Source: an uncultured delta proteobacterium
Lineage (GTDB): Bacteria > Desulfobacterota > DSM-4660 > Desulfatiglandales > Desulfatiglandaceae
DNA length: 64,000 nucleotides
Direction: 5' to 3'
Assembly (NCBI GenBank): GCA_963747555.1
Contig: CAVVFZ010000029.1
Span: 8,876 to 72,875 of the forward strand
Shown piece after piece: positions 44,857 to 55,315 of the stretch. The translations under genes and the position numbers were made by a program. Each line of letters opens with the position of its first letter. Position 1 is the first letter of the stretch. The notes under the pieces were generated by a model, which had not been told where the DNA came from, ran no database searches, and saw only the letters and a program-made list of their open reading frames with translations.

Positions 44857-47754
44857 ATGAAATTTAAAACAAGCTACTTTCTTTTGCCCATCCTGATAGG
44901 GTTGTTCGGGTATATGGCCTTTTCTGTTTATGACGAAGTAAAAGACAAATCCATAGCAGAATTCAATAAGCAACAGATGATTTTAGCGGAACAGGCTGCA
45001 AAGGGTATCGAAAGATTTTTCAATGGTCTCCACCATGGACTTTCCTATCTTTCCAATGCGGGGTCTGTGGTTTCCTTAAATGATCAAGGCAAAAAATTAA
45101 TGCAGGATTTCTACGGCGAGAGACATAACGAAATCAAAGCCATTTCCCGTGTCGATGCAACGGGCAGAATTATTTTCACGATTCCGTCTAATCCCACGAT
45201 TCTCGGTAAAGACATCTCCTCCCAGCAACACATACAAACTATCCTGCAAACTCATGAGCCCGTTGTGAGTGATGTTTTTAACTCTGTGCAGGGTTATCGT
45301 GCCCTCGCCTACCATGTGCCGGTGTTTGAAAATAAGATCTTTCAAGGGACTATCGGCGTTTTCATTCCATTTGAAACCCTCGCAAAGGAGTACCTGGAAA
45401 AAATCAGGATCGGCAAAAGCGGATACGCCTGGGTACTCAGTGAAAAGGGAGTGGAGCTCTACTGTCCGGTTCCAGGGCACACCGGTAACACCATTTTTGA
45501 AACATCCAACAAATTTCCTGCGGTTTTAGCCATGGCAAGGGAAGCGCTGAAAGGCCAGCGGGGAACAACTTCATACACCTATGCCAATATCCGGGGGGAA
45601 AACGTTGAAAACATTAAAAAGTTAGCGGTATTTCTGCCCATTGATTTAGGGAATACGTTCTGGTCCATTGTCATTGCGACACCAGAAAGCGAGGTCCTGG
45701 GCAATTTGACAGGGTTCAGGAATAAGTTATTCCTTATCGTGGCGTTACTGATGATCACATCGATAGCTTATTCCTATTATCTGGTGAAGGCCTGGGCTAT
45801 TTTAAAGGAAGAATCAAAACGCAAACGGGTAGAGGAAGCGCTGAAAGAAAGAACGACCTTCCTTGACAAGATCATCGACAGTTCAGCGGTGAGCACATGG
45901 ATATCCGATGAGAAGGGAACCGTCATCAGGACGAATCCTGCCTGTCTTGAATTTTTTGGCGGCACCAAAGAAGAGGTCATCGGGAAGTATAATCTTTTCA
46001 AGGATGTCGTCCTTGAAAAGCGGGGGTTCATGCCGGACATCAGAAGAGTCTTTGAAAAGGGTGAAGTTGCCAACATCCTGGTGGATTATGATTTCGGCGC
46101 TGTTGATCACGTGGAGGTGAAAAAGGCCACACACAAGATTGTGAACTCGATCTTCACACCCGTTTTGGACAGTGACGGGAAAGTTTGCAACGTAATCGTC
46201 CAGACCATAGATCTGACTGACATCAAGAATGCGGAAAAGGCGCTTCGGAAGAGCGAAAAGAAATACAGAAGACTGGTGGACAATGCCGTGGTGGGAGTTT
46301 ATCAAGTAACCAAAGAAGGCAGACTTCAATTCGTGAATGAAAAAATGGCGGAGATGTTCGGGTATGACAAACCGGAAAGCTTTCTGGAGGAGGTTCCCAA
46401 TATTACCGAACTCTATGTCCGTCCGCAAGAAAGACAGGGCGTTCTTCAGGAAATGGATGAAAAGGGTCTTATTCACGGAAGGGAAGTAGAATACAAGAAA
46501 AAAGATGGCAGTAATATCTGGGTCGCCCTTTCCGCAAGAAGGGTAATCGATGATGGAAAAATATTTTACGAAGGGTTGATGGAAGACATCACGGAGCAGA
46601 AAAAGCTCGAAAATGAACTGCAACAGGCCCAGAAAATGGAGGCCATCGGGACGCTTTCGGGAGGAATCGCCCATGACTTCAACAACATCCTGGGGATCAT
46701 CCTGGGGAACACGGAACTGGCCATGGACGATATCCCAGACTGGAATCCCGCCAGAAGAAATCTGGAAGAGGTGCGCGAGGCCTGTCTCAGGGCAAAGGAC
46801 CTCATTCAGCAGATCCTCAGTTTCAGCCGTAAGACGGAATCGGAAAAGAAGCCGATTAAAATAGTTCCTATTGTCGAAGAATCGCTCAGGTTATTGCGGG
46901 CATCTATCCCCACCAGCATAGAAATCCGCAAACATATGGATACCGTGGAAGACACAATCCTTGGAAATCCCAGCCAAATCCACCAGATTCTCATCAACCT
47001 TTGCGGCAATGCAACCCATGCCATGGAAGAGACCGGAGGAATTCTTGAAGTTCATCTCCATAATATCGTCCTGGATGCGCAGGAAGCCTCCCGATACCAC
47101 CAGATAGGCCCTGGTCCCTACCTGAAACTGATCGTGCGGGATACGGGCCATGGAATCGATGCCGCGACCATGAAAAGGATATTTGATCCCTACTTCACCA
47201 CCAAGGATGTGGGAAAGGGCACGGGGATGGGCCTGGCAATAGTTCACGGCATTGTAAAAAGGCACAACGGGGCCGTTACCGTTCAGAGCGAACCGGGTAA
47301 GGGAACCTCTTTTGATATTCTTTTTCCCCTGATCGGGCAGGCTGACACGGAAGAGGTGAAAATGAGCCATGACCTGCCGGGGGGGCACGAAAGAATCCTT
47401 TTTGTGGATGATGAAAGTTCCATGGTTGAATTCAACAAACAGAGACTGGAGCGCCTTGGCTACTCGGTTGAAACCAGAACGGATCCTGCAGCGGCATTGG
47501 CTTTTTTTGCTTCCGACGCGGATGCATTCGACCTGGTGATCACGGACATGGCCATGCCCCACATGACAGGGGATGCACTGGCCCGGGAACTCCTGAAAAT
47601 CCGTCCGGACCTGCCGATTATCCTCTGCACCGGATACAGTGCAAAAATTTCGGAGGAGAAAGCCATGAAATTGGGAATTAAGAAATACATCGAAAAGCCC
47701 ATCCAAATGGAAATTCTGGCAAGATCGGTCCGGGAAGTCTTAGAGCCTGTTTGA
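44857..47754 (+). CDS. Hybrid sensor histidine kinase / response regulator with periplasmic Cache-like domain and PAS domains
   Basis: Two TM helices flank a Cache-like region (GYAWVLSEKGVELY). There are PAS repeats, the H-box AHDFNNIL, GTGMGLA, and a receiver domain (DLVITDMAMPHMTG). Confidence 0.9.
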   Translation: MKFKTSYFLLPILIGLFGYMAFSVYDEVKDKSIAEFNKQQMILAEQAAKGIERFFNGLHHGLSYLSNAGSVVSLNDQGKKLMQDFYGERHNEIKAISRVDATGRIIFTIPSNPTILGKDISSQQHIQTILQTHEPVVSDVFNSVQGYRALAYHVPVFENKIFQGTIGVFIPFETLAKEYLEKIRIGKSGYAWVLSEKGVELYCPVPGHTGNTIFETSNKFPAVLAMAREALKGQRGTTSYTYANIRGENVENIKKLAVFLPIDLGNTFWSIVIATPESEVLGNLTGFRNKLFLIVALLMITSIAYSYYLVKAWAILKEESKRKRVEEALKERTTFLDKIIDSSAVSTWISDEKGTVIRTNPACLEFFGGTKEEVIGKYNLFKDVVLEKRGFMPDIRRVFEKGEVANILVDYDFGAVDHVEVKKATHKIVNSIFTPVLDSDGKVCNVIVQTIDLTDIKNAEKALRKSEKKYRRLVDNAVVGVYQVTKEGRLQFVNEKMAEMFGYDKPESFLEEVPNITELYVRPQERQGVLQEMDEKGLIHGREVEYKKKDGSNIWVALSARRVIDDGKIFYEGLMEDITEQKKLENELQQAQKMEAIGTLSGGIAHDFNNILGIILGNTELAMDDIPDWNPARRNLEEVREACLRAKDLIQQILSFSRKTESEKKPIKIVPIVEESLRLLRASIPTSIEIRKHMDTVEDTILGNPSQIHQILINLCGNATHAMEETGGILEVHLHNIVLDAQEASRYHQIGPGPYLKLIVRDTGHGIDAATMKRIFDPYFTTKDVGKGTGMGLAIVHGIVKRHNGAVTVQSEPGKGTSFDILFPLIGQADTEEVKMSHDLPGGHERILFVDDESSMVEFNKQRLERLGYSVETRTDPAAALAFFASDADAFDLVITDMAMPHMTGDALARELLKIRPDLPIILCTGYSAKISEEKAMKLGIKKYIEKPIQMEILARSVREVLEPV

Positions 47755-47804
47755 AAATTATCCCTGCTGCGGTCGGCTGTGGCTTCCAATGGCTGCTTCA
47801 GCTG

Positions 47805-48152
47805 CTAAAATGGGTTCAATTCCAGGTACATAAAGAGGATCAGAAGTGTTGTACCCAAAGCAACGACCCCCGTGCCTATGGCTCCCGTCCGTCGGTTGTC
47901 ATCGTTGCTGAAGATCGTGACGATTCCCCCTGTGACAGCCATGGCAAATGCCACCAGGCAGGCTATCTGAAGCACAAGAATGGGTTCTCGTCTCACGTTT
48001 ATGAAAAAAGAGATCAAAAACGCACCTGCCACAATGGAACCCATAGTCTGCTTGTCTCTATCCTTATGAAAGATGGTTGCCAATCCACCGATTACGGCCA
48101 TGACAAAAGAAACTATGGAAATCAACTCACGCACGTTAAAAACCCCCGACAA
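47805..48152 (-). CDS. Small membrane protein with an internal duplication
   Basis: Four hydrophobic segments. FVMAVIGGLATIFHKDRDKQT and FAMAVTGGIVTIFSNDDNRRT are repeats. The antisense ORF 47751..48230 has a non-protein-like composition. Confidence 0.55.
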   Translation of the reverse strand: MSGVFNVRELISIVSFVMAVIGGLATIFHKDRDKQTMGSIVAGAFLISFFINVRREPILVLQIACLVAFAMAVTGGIVTIFSNDDNRRTGAIGTGVVALGTTLLILFMYLELNPF

Positions 48153-48278
48153 TCTTTTCCTTCAACCTTGTCATGCATGGCTCAGGATGATTATATTTCT
48201 TTTATTGATTTCAGGTATAAAAGAGAGTGAGAAAATGTTCAACTTAATTTTTAGTCGCCGGAAACGGAGGTCAACAAT

Positions 48279-49412
48279 TTGGAATCGAATCTTCCTGGTT
48301 TGCCCAGAAAGTTTTCTCTGGTTGAGTTTATCCCGACGGAGGCTTCCGAAGCTCTGTGGGAGGCCTATTTTGAGCTGTCGGAAACCATTTTCCGTGAATT
48401 TAAACAAAAAGGCCGACTGCCCGATCGCGACGTGGTGAGACGACATTTCTCGACGCCCAACCCCTTCTATTGCGTGAACAGATGGATGGTGTTCGACAAA
48501 GCTAAAAAAGCCGTTGCCTTTGCTTCCATATCCTATGATACGGAAATCTCCCCGGATTACGAGAGCAACAGGCATCTTTGTCAGATTCATATCTCGGTTG
48601 CCCCCGCGCATCGGAGGAAGAAAATTGCAACGATCCTGCTGAAACACCTGGTGGAGACGGCAAAACTCCTGGAAAAAACTACTGTCATCACGGAGGTGGA
48701 TAACCCCCTGGGACTGGAATTTCGTAAACAGCTTCGAGGCGATTTGGTCCATGAAGAAATTCAATTCAGACTGGACATGGAAGACGTGGATTGGCAGGTG
48801 GTGAACAAATGGCTCCAAAGAGGAAGGACGAAACACTGGGATACGAAAATGGAGTTTTTTCGAGAATGCCCTGAGAACGATATTGAGGAATTCAGCCGGG
48901 TCTACACGGAAATCATCAACCAGCGCCCCACCGGTGATATGGGAGACGATCTCATTACAACTCCGGAATCCAGAAGGATTGAGGAACGCAATTTAAAAAA
49001 AAGGGGTATAGAATGGTATACGATGATCAGCCGGGAGCATGATGGGAGAATCAGTGGCCTGACGGACATCATGTACAATCCCGAGGAACCCCATCGCGTG
49101 AATCAATACTTCACGGGGATTCTGGTAAAATATCGAAAAAGGGGTCTGGCCAAACGTTTGAAAGCTGAAATGCTTGCGGTCATCAAGGAAAAGTTCCCGG
49201 AAGTGGAATATATTACCACCAGTACGGCAAGGAGTAACCGGCCCATGCGGGCGATCAACAAGGACCTGGGTTTTCAGCCCATCAAGACCTCTTTCATGTT
49301 CCAATGGCCCCTGCGGGAGTTGAAAAAACAAACGAACGGGATCCTTGCGGACGAATTTTACAGATCAAAAATGGAAAATGGATTATCGAAAGGGTTGCCC
49401 CTTGTGATGTGA
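48279..49412 (+). CDS. Tandem GNAT-family N-acetyltransferase
   Basis: Two acetyl-CoA-binding-type motifs (HRRKKIATILL and YRKRGLAKRL, R-x-x-G/K-x-A pattern) sit in two ~170-aa halves. Confidence 0.75.
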   Translation: MESNLPGLPRKFSLVEFIPTEASEALWEAYFELSETIFREFKQKGRLPDRDVVRRHFSTPNPFYCVNRWMVFDKAKKAVAFASISYDTEISPDYESNRHLCQIHISVAPAHRRKKIATILLKHLVETAKLLEKTTVITEVDNPLGLEFRKQLRGDLVHEEIQFRLDMEDVDWQVVNKWLQRGRTKHWDTKMEFFRECPENDIEEFSRVYTEIINQRPTGDMGDDLITTPESRRIEERNLKKRGIEWYTMISREHDGRISGLTDIMYNPEEPHRVNQYFTGILVKYRKRGLAKRLKAEMLAVIKEKFPEVEYITTSTARSNRPMRAINKDLGFQPIKTSFMFQWPLRELKKQTNGILADEFYRSKMENGLSKGLPLVM

Positions 49413-50374
49413 AATTGGAGGTTCTTCAGATCCATGATGATGGAGGTAACGGTCATGGACGTGTCATCCGTGAGCCATGGGTGAGAGAAGGGGTTGCGGC
49501 AGATGGGATACTCTTCATCGGTGGAATCTCTCAGGATGTCCTTCATGGACTGCACCGAAGGAACCTGGAGCATCTGCAATAATTCCTTGGCTCGACGATA
49601 CCGGCCCAGGGTGTTGGGAAATAACTGGAGATCGTAGTCCACTTTTGTCAGGAAATGATTCGTGTGAGCAAAGCGGTCTTCCACAGGAATAGAATGGAAT
49701 TCATCGCCGCCGATTTCAATGTCCTCCATTTTTCCGGTCCCATCCGCCATCAGGATATTGCCCACCTTTCCCATGAGATGGGGTTCTATGAGGGAAAGTG
49801 CCTCCTCCATGGTTTTGCTGTCAAGGATTGTTCTTAATATGACATGCAGCGGAATCCCATATGGCCGGTAGTCTTCGATGCTCATGAAATTCAGACAAAC
49901 ACCGAGACCGCTGCTATTCATCCCGATCTTGCCGATCATCCCCGGCTCGGTCATGGTGATGATCCGATGGCCGTCCTCTTTTTCAATATCCAGAATGACC
50001 GCCAATTCCTCCACTTCCAGGTCCCAATCCCAGTTCTGGCCGATCAGGGCCTGTTTCCTGAAAGCCAGTGTGGTGCATTCCATGGGGTTCAGGTTCAGAA
50101 GCTCCGTACGGCCATTCAAGGCATAGATCCACAAGGGGTCGGCTTCCGCAGCCTGGGCAATGGCTTCGATTTCAAGGTACAGATCTTCCCGGAAACCCTT
50201 GGTGGACTCCCTGAACTCATGGGCAATCCTAAGAATTTCGTCTTCCGGGATAAGGAATTGTCTCTTGTAAAAATCGATTGTCCTGTGGATTCGCTCTCTT
50301 AACAGGCCTCCCTGCTGTCGGCCGCGATCTTCGGACCCGCCTCGTATTTTAATAACAGGAAAATATTTATCCAT
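49358..50374 (-). CDS. Peptidase C45 / acyl-CoA:6-APA acyltransferase-family Ntn hydrolase
   Basis: A propeptide is followed by ECTTLAF (nucleophile Cys context), then GQNWDW and MTEPGMIGKIGMNSSGLGV. The ATG at 50374 gives 338 aa. Confidence 0.75.
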   Translation of the reverse strand: MDKYFPVIKIRGGSEDRGRQQGGLLRERIHRTIDFYKRQFLIPEDEILRIAHEFRESTKGFREDLYLEIEAIAQAAEADPLWIYALNGRTELLNLNPMECTTLAFRKQALIGQNWDWDLEVEELAVILDIEKEDGHRIITMTEPGMIGKIGMNSSGLGVCLNFMSIEDYRPYGIPLHVILRTILDSKTMEEALSLIEPHLMGKVGNILMADGTGKMEDIEIGGDEFHSIPVEDRFAHTNHFLTKVDYDLQLFPNTLGRYRRAKELLQMLQVPSVQSMKDILRDSTDEEYPICRNPFSHPWLTDDTSMTVTSIIMDLKNLQFHITRGNPFDNPFSIFDL

Positions 50375-50707
50375 CGTTTTATCTATGCTTTCTCGGAATG
50401 TATATTGCCTTATTACAAATATTAAATGAAACCCATATCTTATGGCTTTTGGAATGAAAACCCCAAAAGAGGAGAAACGTTGGGCAGGTAGAACAACACG
50501 AAATCCTCTGGGGAGTCGGAGAATAGGAGATGAATGCCTGTAAGTCAACGGGAAAATCATTTCCTGAAAAGACTTTGATCATATCGTCTAAAAAATACAA
50601 TTAGTGGTTAACTAACAAAGGAAATACCGAAGTACCTCCCGGTCTAATGTTCAATTCGTTAAAGTCTGTTCCCAGGTGGAGCCCGGCAACGAAGGAAGTT
50701 GAGATTT

Positions 50708-53700
50708 TCAGCCCGCCTGTTTTTCGTTTTCCTTGATCTTCTCATGCAGGTTTCGTATCCGTCCACTCAGCGTCCTGCAAATATGAAGGGCTATCTGCGG
50801 ATATTCTTGAACGATCTGGGTAAATTCCCGTTTGTGCAGGACCAGGAAAAGAGAGGGGCTGATGGTTTGAATGGTCGCCGAACGGGGCGCCTCCTGAAAT
50901 AAGGCCATTTCCCCAAAATAGTCCCCGGACTTGATCCGGTCGATCTCTACGGCAGGACCTCCTTCCGCTTTAGGCTCCTTTCTGACCGATACTTCTCCGT
51001 CGATAATCAGATAGAGGGTGTCCCCACGATCTCCTTCCCTGATGACCGGCTCTTCGGCCGGATACGACACTTTTCCCGTCGCCGAACCGATCGCGGCCAG
51101 TTCGCTCACATAGAGGCCTTCAAAAATGCCGATCTTTTTGAGGTACAAAATCCTCTCGGCAAGGTCTATCCCCGTCTCCGATTGGTCCATGCCGGCGGCC
51201 CTGTCGGGCGCCACCGCTATCAAGGCTTGCCGGGCCATATGACGCACGGGAACATTTTCAGATGCGGCCAGGGTCTGCAGGATGTCGGGCGAGACGCCAA
51301 CCATTCCCTGGTTCGCCACCAGAACAAGGGCCAGCAGTGAGGCGACCCAGTCCGCTCCCGCAAGAAAACGGGAAACCAAAGCCTCAGGGGTCCCGCCAAG
51401 GTCGGGGAGGCTGAAATACTTTCTTCCGATCCTGAGACGCTCTTCGGACGGCATTTCTTCGAGAAGCGGCACCAGGATTTTGCCGAGGGCCTTATCCAAC
51501 AAGTCGGACAAGGCCTCAACGCTATTGGACCGCCTGCGTGAATCCGACGAGTACAGCCCCCTCCAGATAATACGCATCTGGCCCGACGTATCCTGGATGG
51601 AAAGAACGCGAAGGATGTTTTCCACCGTGGTCTTCCTCTCCTGGGTCAGGTGGTCCATGAGCAGATCCCTCTCCGGACTTTCAGGCAGCTTCCCCAGTGC
51701 CTCCACTTGGGCAAAGAATATATAACTCTTTTCCGCCTGGGATCGCGCGAAGCGGAAAAAATCCACGTTCTTGATGTTCAGTTTTTCCAGGATTTGAAAG
51801 AGACCATCCCGCACCTTTCGTCTCGGGATATTGAGCGATTCCACCAGCACCAGCGGATTCTGATAGGCCCCATTGTGAATCTTTTCTATAGCCTTCGCGC
51901 TTATTTCCGGGGAAGGATCTCCCATGAATCCGATGACGGCCGAAAGACCATGATCGTCCCGGATATCAAAGGCTTCCAGTGCCCCGAGCCGAACCGGATC
52001 GGCGGGATCCGTAAAATACCTCTCTAAAACGTCATTGAGGTTGGAATCCTTTAACTGGCGAAGAGATCGAAAGATCGCCGAAAGGATGGAAGGATCTGTT
52101 TCCTTGGTGATCATCTCCCGAAGGGCTGCAATGAAGACTTCGTTCCCGGCCTCCCCCGCAGCAACGACGCCGGCCCTTCTCTCTGCCAGCTCGCCGGAGT
52201 CAAGCATGGCTTGAATAACCGCCAGGAGCCTTTCCGGGTCATCCCGGTAGAGCCCGACAGCGGAACAGGCCTTCACTTCCGGATCCCGGGTCGCTTCAAA
52301 GATTTCCCGGTTGAAATCCCGGCTCACTTCAGCGGGAAATCGATTGGCGGCCTTGACCATAGCCAGCAGGAGCTGCGGCCTGTTCATGTCCATGATTTCC
52401 TTGAAAACGGGGATGGCCGATTTGCCCGCAGGAAGAGACAGAAAGGCCATCAGGCCTATCCGTGTCGCGTCATCTTCCTCTTTTCTCATGACTTTCAGCA
52501 CAGACTCATCAAAGTCAGGGATACCCTGACCCCGCAGAAGTTCAGCATACCAGAGGCAGTCCTCTCCACGGGAAGAGAGAAATCTGTCCATCAGATGGGC
52601 GTGCATCTTCTTGTCTTTAAAGACCTGAACCACATCCTTATGCTCAAGAGACTTCAAATCCAGCATGTTTCTGGAGATGAGATCCAAAAGAATCCGGGGA
52701 TACTGTTTTTTGAGGATGAAATCGTAGGTAAGCCACACCGACATACAGCCGATGGCTATGATGGAAAGATATCGGGGGTGGAAAAGATCTCCGGAAACCA
52801 GAATGATCCCCGACCCCAGGAGGGTGCCGATCCGAACTACGGTTCCCCGCAGAAAGGGCCTCACCAAGGCCCGCTGCGAGGGATGAAACAGCCCCATCAA
52901 GACCGCCATGGCGGGATTGTTGATGGTGGTCCTGAGGACATTGGTGGAGATCCTTGCGTACATGGCGGAATAGATGTCAAAACGAAACAGGAAGGCAAGG
53001 AAGGCAAAGACATAGTTGATGGGGTGTATCAGGAGGGAAACGGGCAACCCCCATTTTCCATAAATCTTCCCCACAAAAAGCAGGATCACGAGGCTGATGC
53101 TGTTCAGAAAGCCACGGAAAACCGCAAAAAAATGGAGCATCCCCCCCTCTGTGGCATAGTTCTCATTGACCGCAAAATTGAACTGGTAATTGATAATGGT
53201 AATGACAATATTGGCCATAAGGGAGAATGCGATAAGCACCTTGACAAGGGTCGATTCCTTAATCAAAGGCGCCACTTTTTTGAATTCCTGAACGATGTTT
53301 TTTGGGGACACGCCCTTTTTGCTCTTTTCACCCGCTTTTTCCGCCGGTGGGGCGTCCTGCACCAGCAACGTAGGATAAAGCTGCCCCATCCGCCTGACAA
53401 CAGCGGCCGAAATCAAGGAGATCACACAATAAGCCAAAAGGAGATTGTCAAAACGAATTAATTTTGCAAGGGGCGCCGTTGCGAAGCTCCCTAAAATGGC
53501 GCCCACAACCCCTCCCGCAGTCAAGAGGGGGAAAATCCTCTTGGATTGGCGGGTGTTGAAAAGGTCATTGGCCATATTCCAGGACACAAGGGCCAGGAGA
53601 ACCTCAAGCTGTGATTTGAGCAGAAAAAGAACCGGGTAAAGGAGGTCAATGCCCAGGGGAATGACAAACCGCAACGCCCCCACCAGCAACCCGCTCCACA

Positions 53701-53965
53701 CCAGCATATAGGAGAGGAGTCGGCTGTCCGGCATCCTGGCCATGAAGCCCGTGATCACCCCCATGATGAAAAAGGTGGCGACCGCATTGATCATGGTAAC
53801 AATAGGGAGATACTGGACCCCATATCGTTTGAGAAAGGCCGTCTCCGCAACGTTGTTGAAGAGGATGTTTGCCACATGGATGAGAAAGAGCAGGAAGGCA
53901 GCCCAGAGAAAAAGACCGACCTCGTCTTCATAGATATTCAACCACTTCCTGAGTAATGCGTACAT
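50708..53965 (-). CDS. Fusion protein: TLC/MFS-type (Npt1/Npt2-like) transporter + HEAT-like repeats + C-terminal cyclic-nucleotide-binding domain
   Basis: The N-terminal ~430 aa are polytopic with a TLC-like start (E..GLFLWAAFLLFLIHVANILFNNVAETAFLKRYG). The central part has helical repeats. The C-terminus has cNMP motifs (FGEMALF...PRSATI). Confidence 0.8.
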   Translation of the reverse strand: MYALLRKWLNIYEDEVGLFLWAAFLLFLIHVANILFNNVAETAFLKRYGVQYLPIVTMINAVATFFIMGVITGFMARMPDSRLLSYMLVWSGLLVGALRFVIPLGIDLLYPVLFLLKSQLEVLLALVSWNMANDLFNTRQSKRIFPLLTAGGVVGAILGSFATAPLAKLIRFDNLLLAYCVISLISAAVVRRMGQLYPTLLVQDAPPAEKAGEKSKKGVSPKNIVQEFKKVAPLIKESTLVKVLIAFSLMANIVITIINYQFNFAVNENYATEGGMLHFFAVFRGFLNSISLVILLFVGKIYGKWGLPVSLLIHPINYVFAFLAFLFRFDIYSAMYARISTNVLRTTINNPAMAVLMGLFHPSQRALVRPFLRGTVVRIGTLLGSGIILVSGDLFHPRYLSIIAIGCMSVWLTYDFILKKQYPRILLDLISRNMLDLKSLEHKDVVQVFKDKKMHAHLMDRFLSSRGEDCLWYAELLRGQGIPDFDESVLKVMRKEEDDATRIGLMAFLSLPAGKSAIPVFKEIMDMNRPQLLLAMVKAANRFPAEVSRDFNREIFEATRDPEVKACSAVGLYRDDPERLLAVIQAMLDSGELAERRAGVVAAGEAGNEVFIAALREMITKETDPSILSAIFRSLRQLKDSNLNDVLERYFTDPADPVRLGALEAFDIRDDHGLSAVIGFMGDPSPEISAKAIEKIHNGAYQNPLVLVESLNIPRRKVRDGLFQILEKLNIKNVDFFRFARSQAEKSYIFFAQVEALGKLPESPERDLLMDHLTQERKTTVENILRVLSIQDTSGQMRIIWRGLYSSDSRRRSNSVEALSDLLDKALGKILVPLLEEMPSEERLRIGRKYFSLPDLGGTPEALVSRFLAGADWVASLLALVLVANQGMVGVSPDILQTLAASENVPVRHMARQALIAVAPDRAAGMDQSETGIDLAERILYLKKIGIFEGLYVSELAAIGSATGKVSYPAEEPVIREGDRGDTLYLIIDGEVSVRKEPKAEGGPAVEIDRIKSGDYFGEMALFQEAPRSATIQTISPSLFLVLHKREFTQIVQEYPQIALHICRTLSGRIRNLHEKIKENEKQAG

Positions 53966-54079
53966 TCGGACGCCTCTCGAAACGGTTCTTGACTTTGGAG
54001 ATGATTTCGTTTTCTATTATATGATATATTTCAGAAAGATACCATAAATCTGTTCGACCATCAGATGGAGGAGGAAACC

Positions 54080-55300
54080 ATGGGACAGAAGGAGATGAAT
54101 AGAAGAGATTTCATCGTAAAAACCGCACTGGGTCTGGCAACGGCCGGCCTGAGCGCCTCCCCGGTTCGGGCGGCTGTTACAGCCCCTGTAGAATCGCAGA
54201 AGATCGTGTATCGAACACTGGGAAGAACGAACCTGAAAATTCCCGCGGTGAGCTTTGGCGTCATGAACTCCGACAGCCCCGATCTGATCCGAAAGGCGAT
54301 AGATATGGGGATCAAACTCCTGGATACGGCCCATCTCTATCTGAGGGGAAATAGTGAAAAGGTTATCGGTGAGATCCTGGAAGAAAGAAAATGCAGGGAC
54401 AAGGTCTATGTGGCCACCAAGATGTATTTCGCACGGGACAAGGAAAAACAGATCTTCAGCGGCGAGGGGAGCGGAAGACATCCCGGAGCAACCGAGGCGA
54501 GTTTCACCGAACAACTGAATACCAGTCTGAAACGCCTTCGCACGGACTATGTGGATATCCTTTACCTGCACAACTGCTTTGGTCCTCTGATGCCGACCTT
54601 CGAACCCATGATAAAGGCCTTTGTTAAGGCGAGGGAATCGGGAAAAGTCCGATTTATCGGCATATCCACCCATTCCAATGAGCCTGAGACAATCCGCGCG
54701 GCCGTGGATGCGGGGGCCTGGGACGTTGTTCTTACTTCGTACAACTTCATGCAGGATCATAAGGACGAAGTGAAAAAGGCAATCGCCTATGCCGCGCAAA
54801 AGGGGGTGGGCGTCATCGCCATGAAAACCCAGGGTGGTGCAAAGCTGAACAGGGAAACCCAGGTCAACCACGGAGCTGCCCTCAAATGGGTGCTCAATGA
54901 CGGAAATGTGTGCACAACAATTCCCGGAATTACCACCTTTGATCAGATGGACCTGGACTTCGGGGTCATGTCCGATCTATCCCTTTCAAGCGGAGAGAAG
55001 AGGGATCTTAAGATATCCTCCATGATCAAAGGACCATTATACTGCCAGCAATGCGGATCGTGCACATCCTCCTGCCTGAAGGCGGTGGATATCCCGACGC
55101 TCATGAGAACCTACATGTATGCCGAAGGATATGGCAATCTTATCCATGCCGGATTGACCCTCGATTCGCTGCCGCGGGAGAAAGGGCTGGCGGCATGCAT
55201 GAGCTGTTCGCAATGCACCGCGGTCTGTCGTCAGGGGATAAGGATATCCGAACGTCTGCAGTCCCTGATGGCTATGGGCTTGGCAGGGGACAAACGGTAA
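54080..55300 (+). CDS. Tat-signal aldo/keto reductase with C-terminal Cys-rich (ferredoxin-like) extension
   Basis: Twin-arginine NRRDFIVKTALGLATAG, the AKR motifs LLDTAHLY and DILYLHN, and C-terminal CQQCGSCTSSC...CSQCTAVC. Confidence 0.85.
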   Translation: MGQKEMNRRDFIVKTALGLATAGLSASPVRAAVTAPVESQKIVYRTLGRTNLKIPAVSFGVMNSDSPDLIRKAIDMGIKLLDTAHLYLRGNSEKVIGEILEERKCRDKVYVATKMYFARDKEKQIFSGEGSGRHPGATEASFTEQLNTSLKRLRTDYVDILYLHNCFGPLMPTFEPMIKAFVKARESGKVRFIGISTHSNEPETIRAAVDAGAWDVVLTSYNFMQDHKDEVKKAIAYAAQKGVGVIAMKTQGGAKLNRETQVNHGAALKWVLNDGNVCTTIPGITTFDQMDLDFGVMSDLSLSSGEKRDLKISSMIKGPLYCQQCGSCTSSCLKAVDIPTLMRTYMYAEGYGNLIHAGLTLDSLPREKGLAACMSCSQCTAVCRQGIRISERLQSLMAMGLAGDKR

Positions 55301-55315
55301 TCTGAGGGGAGTCTC

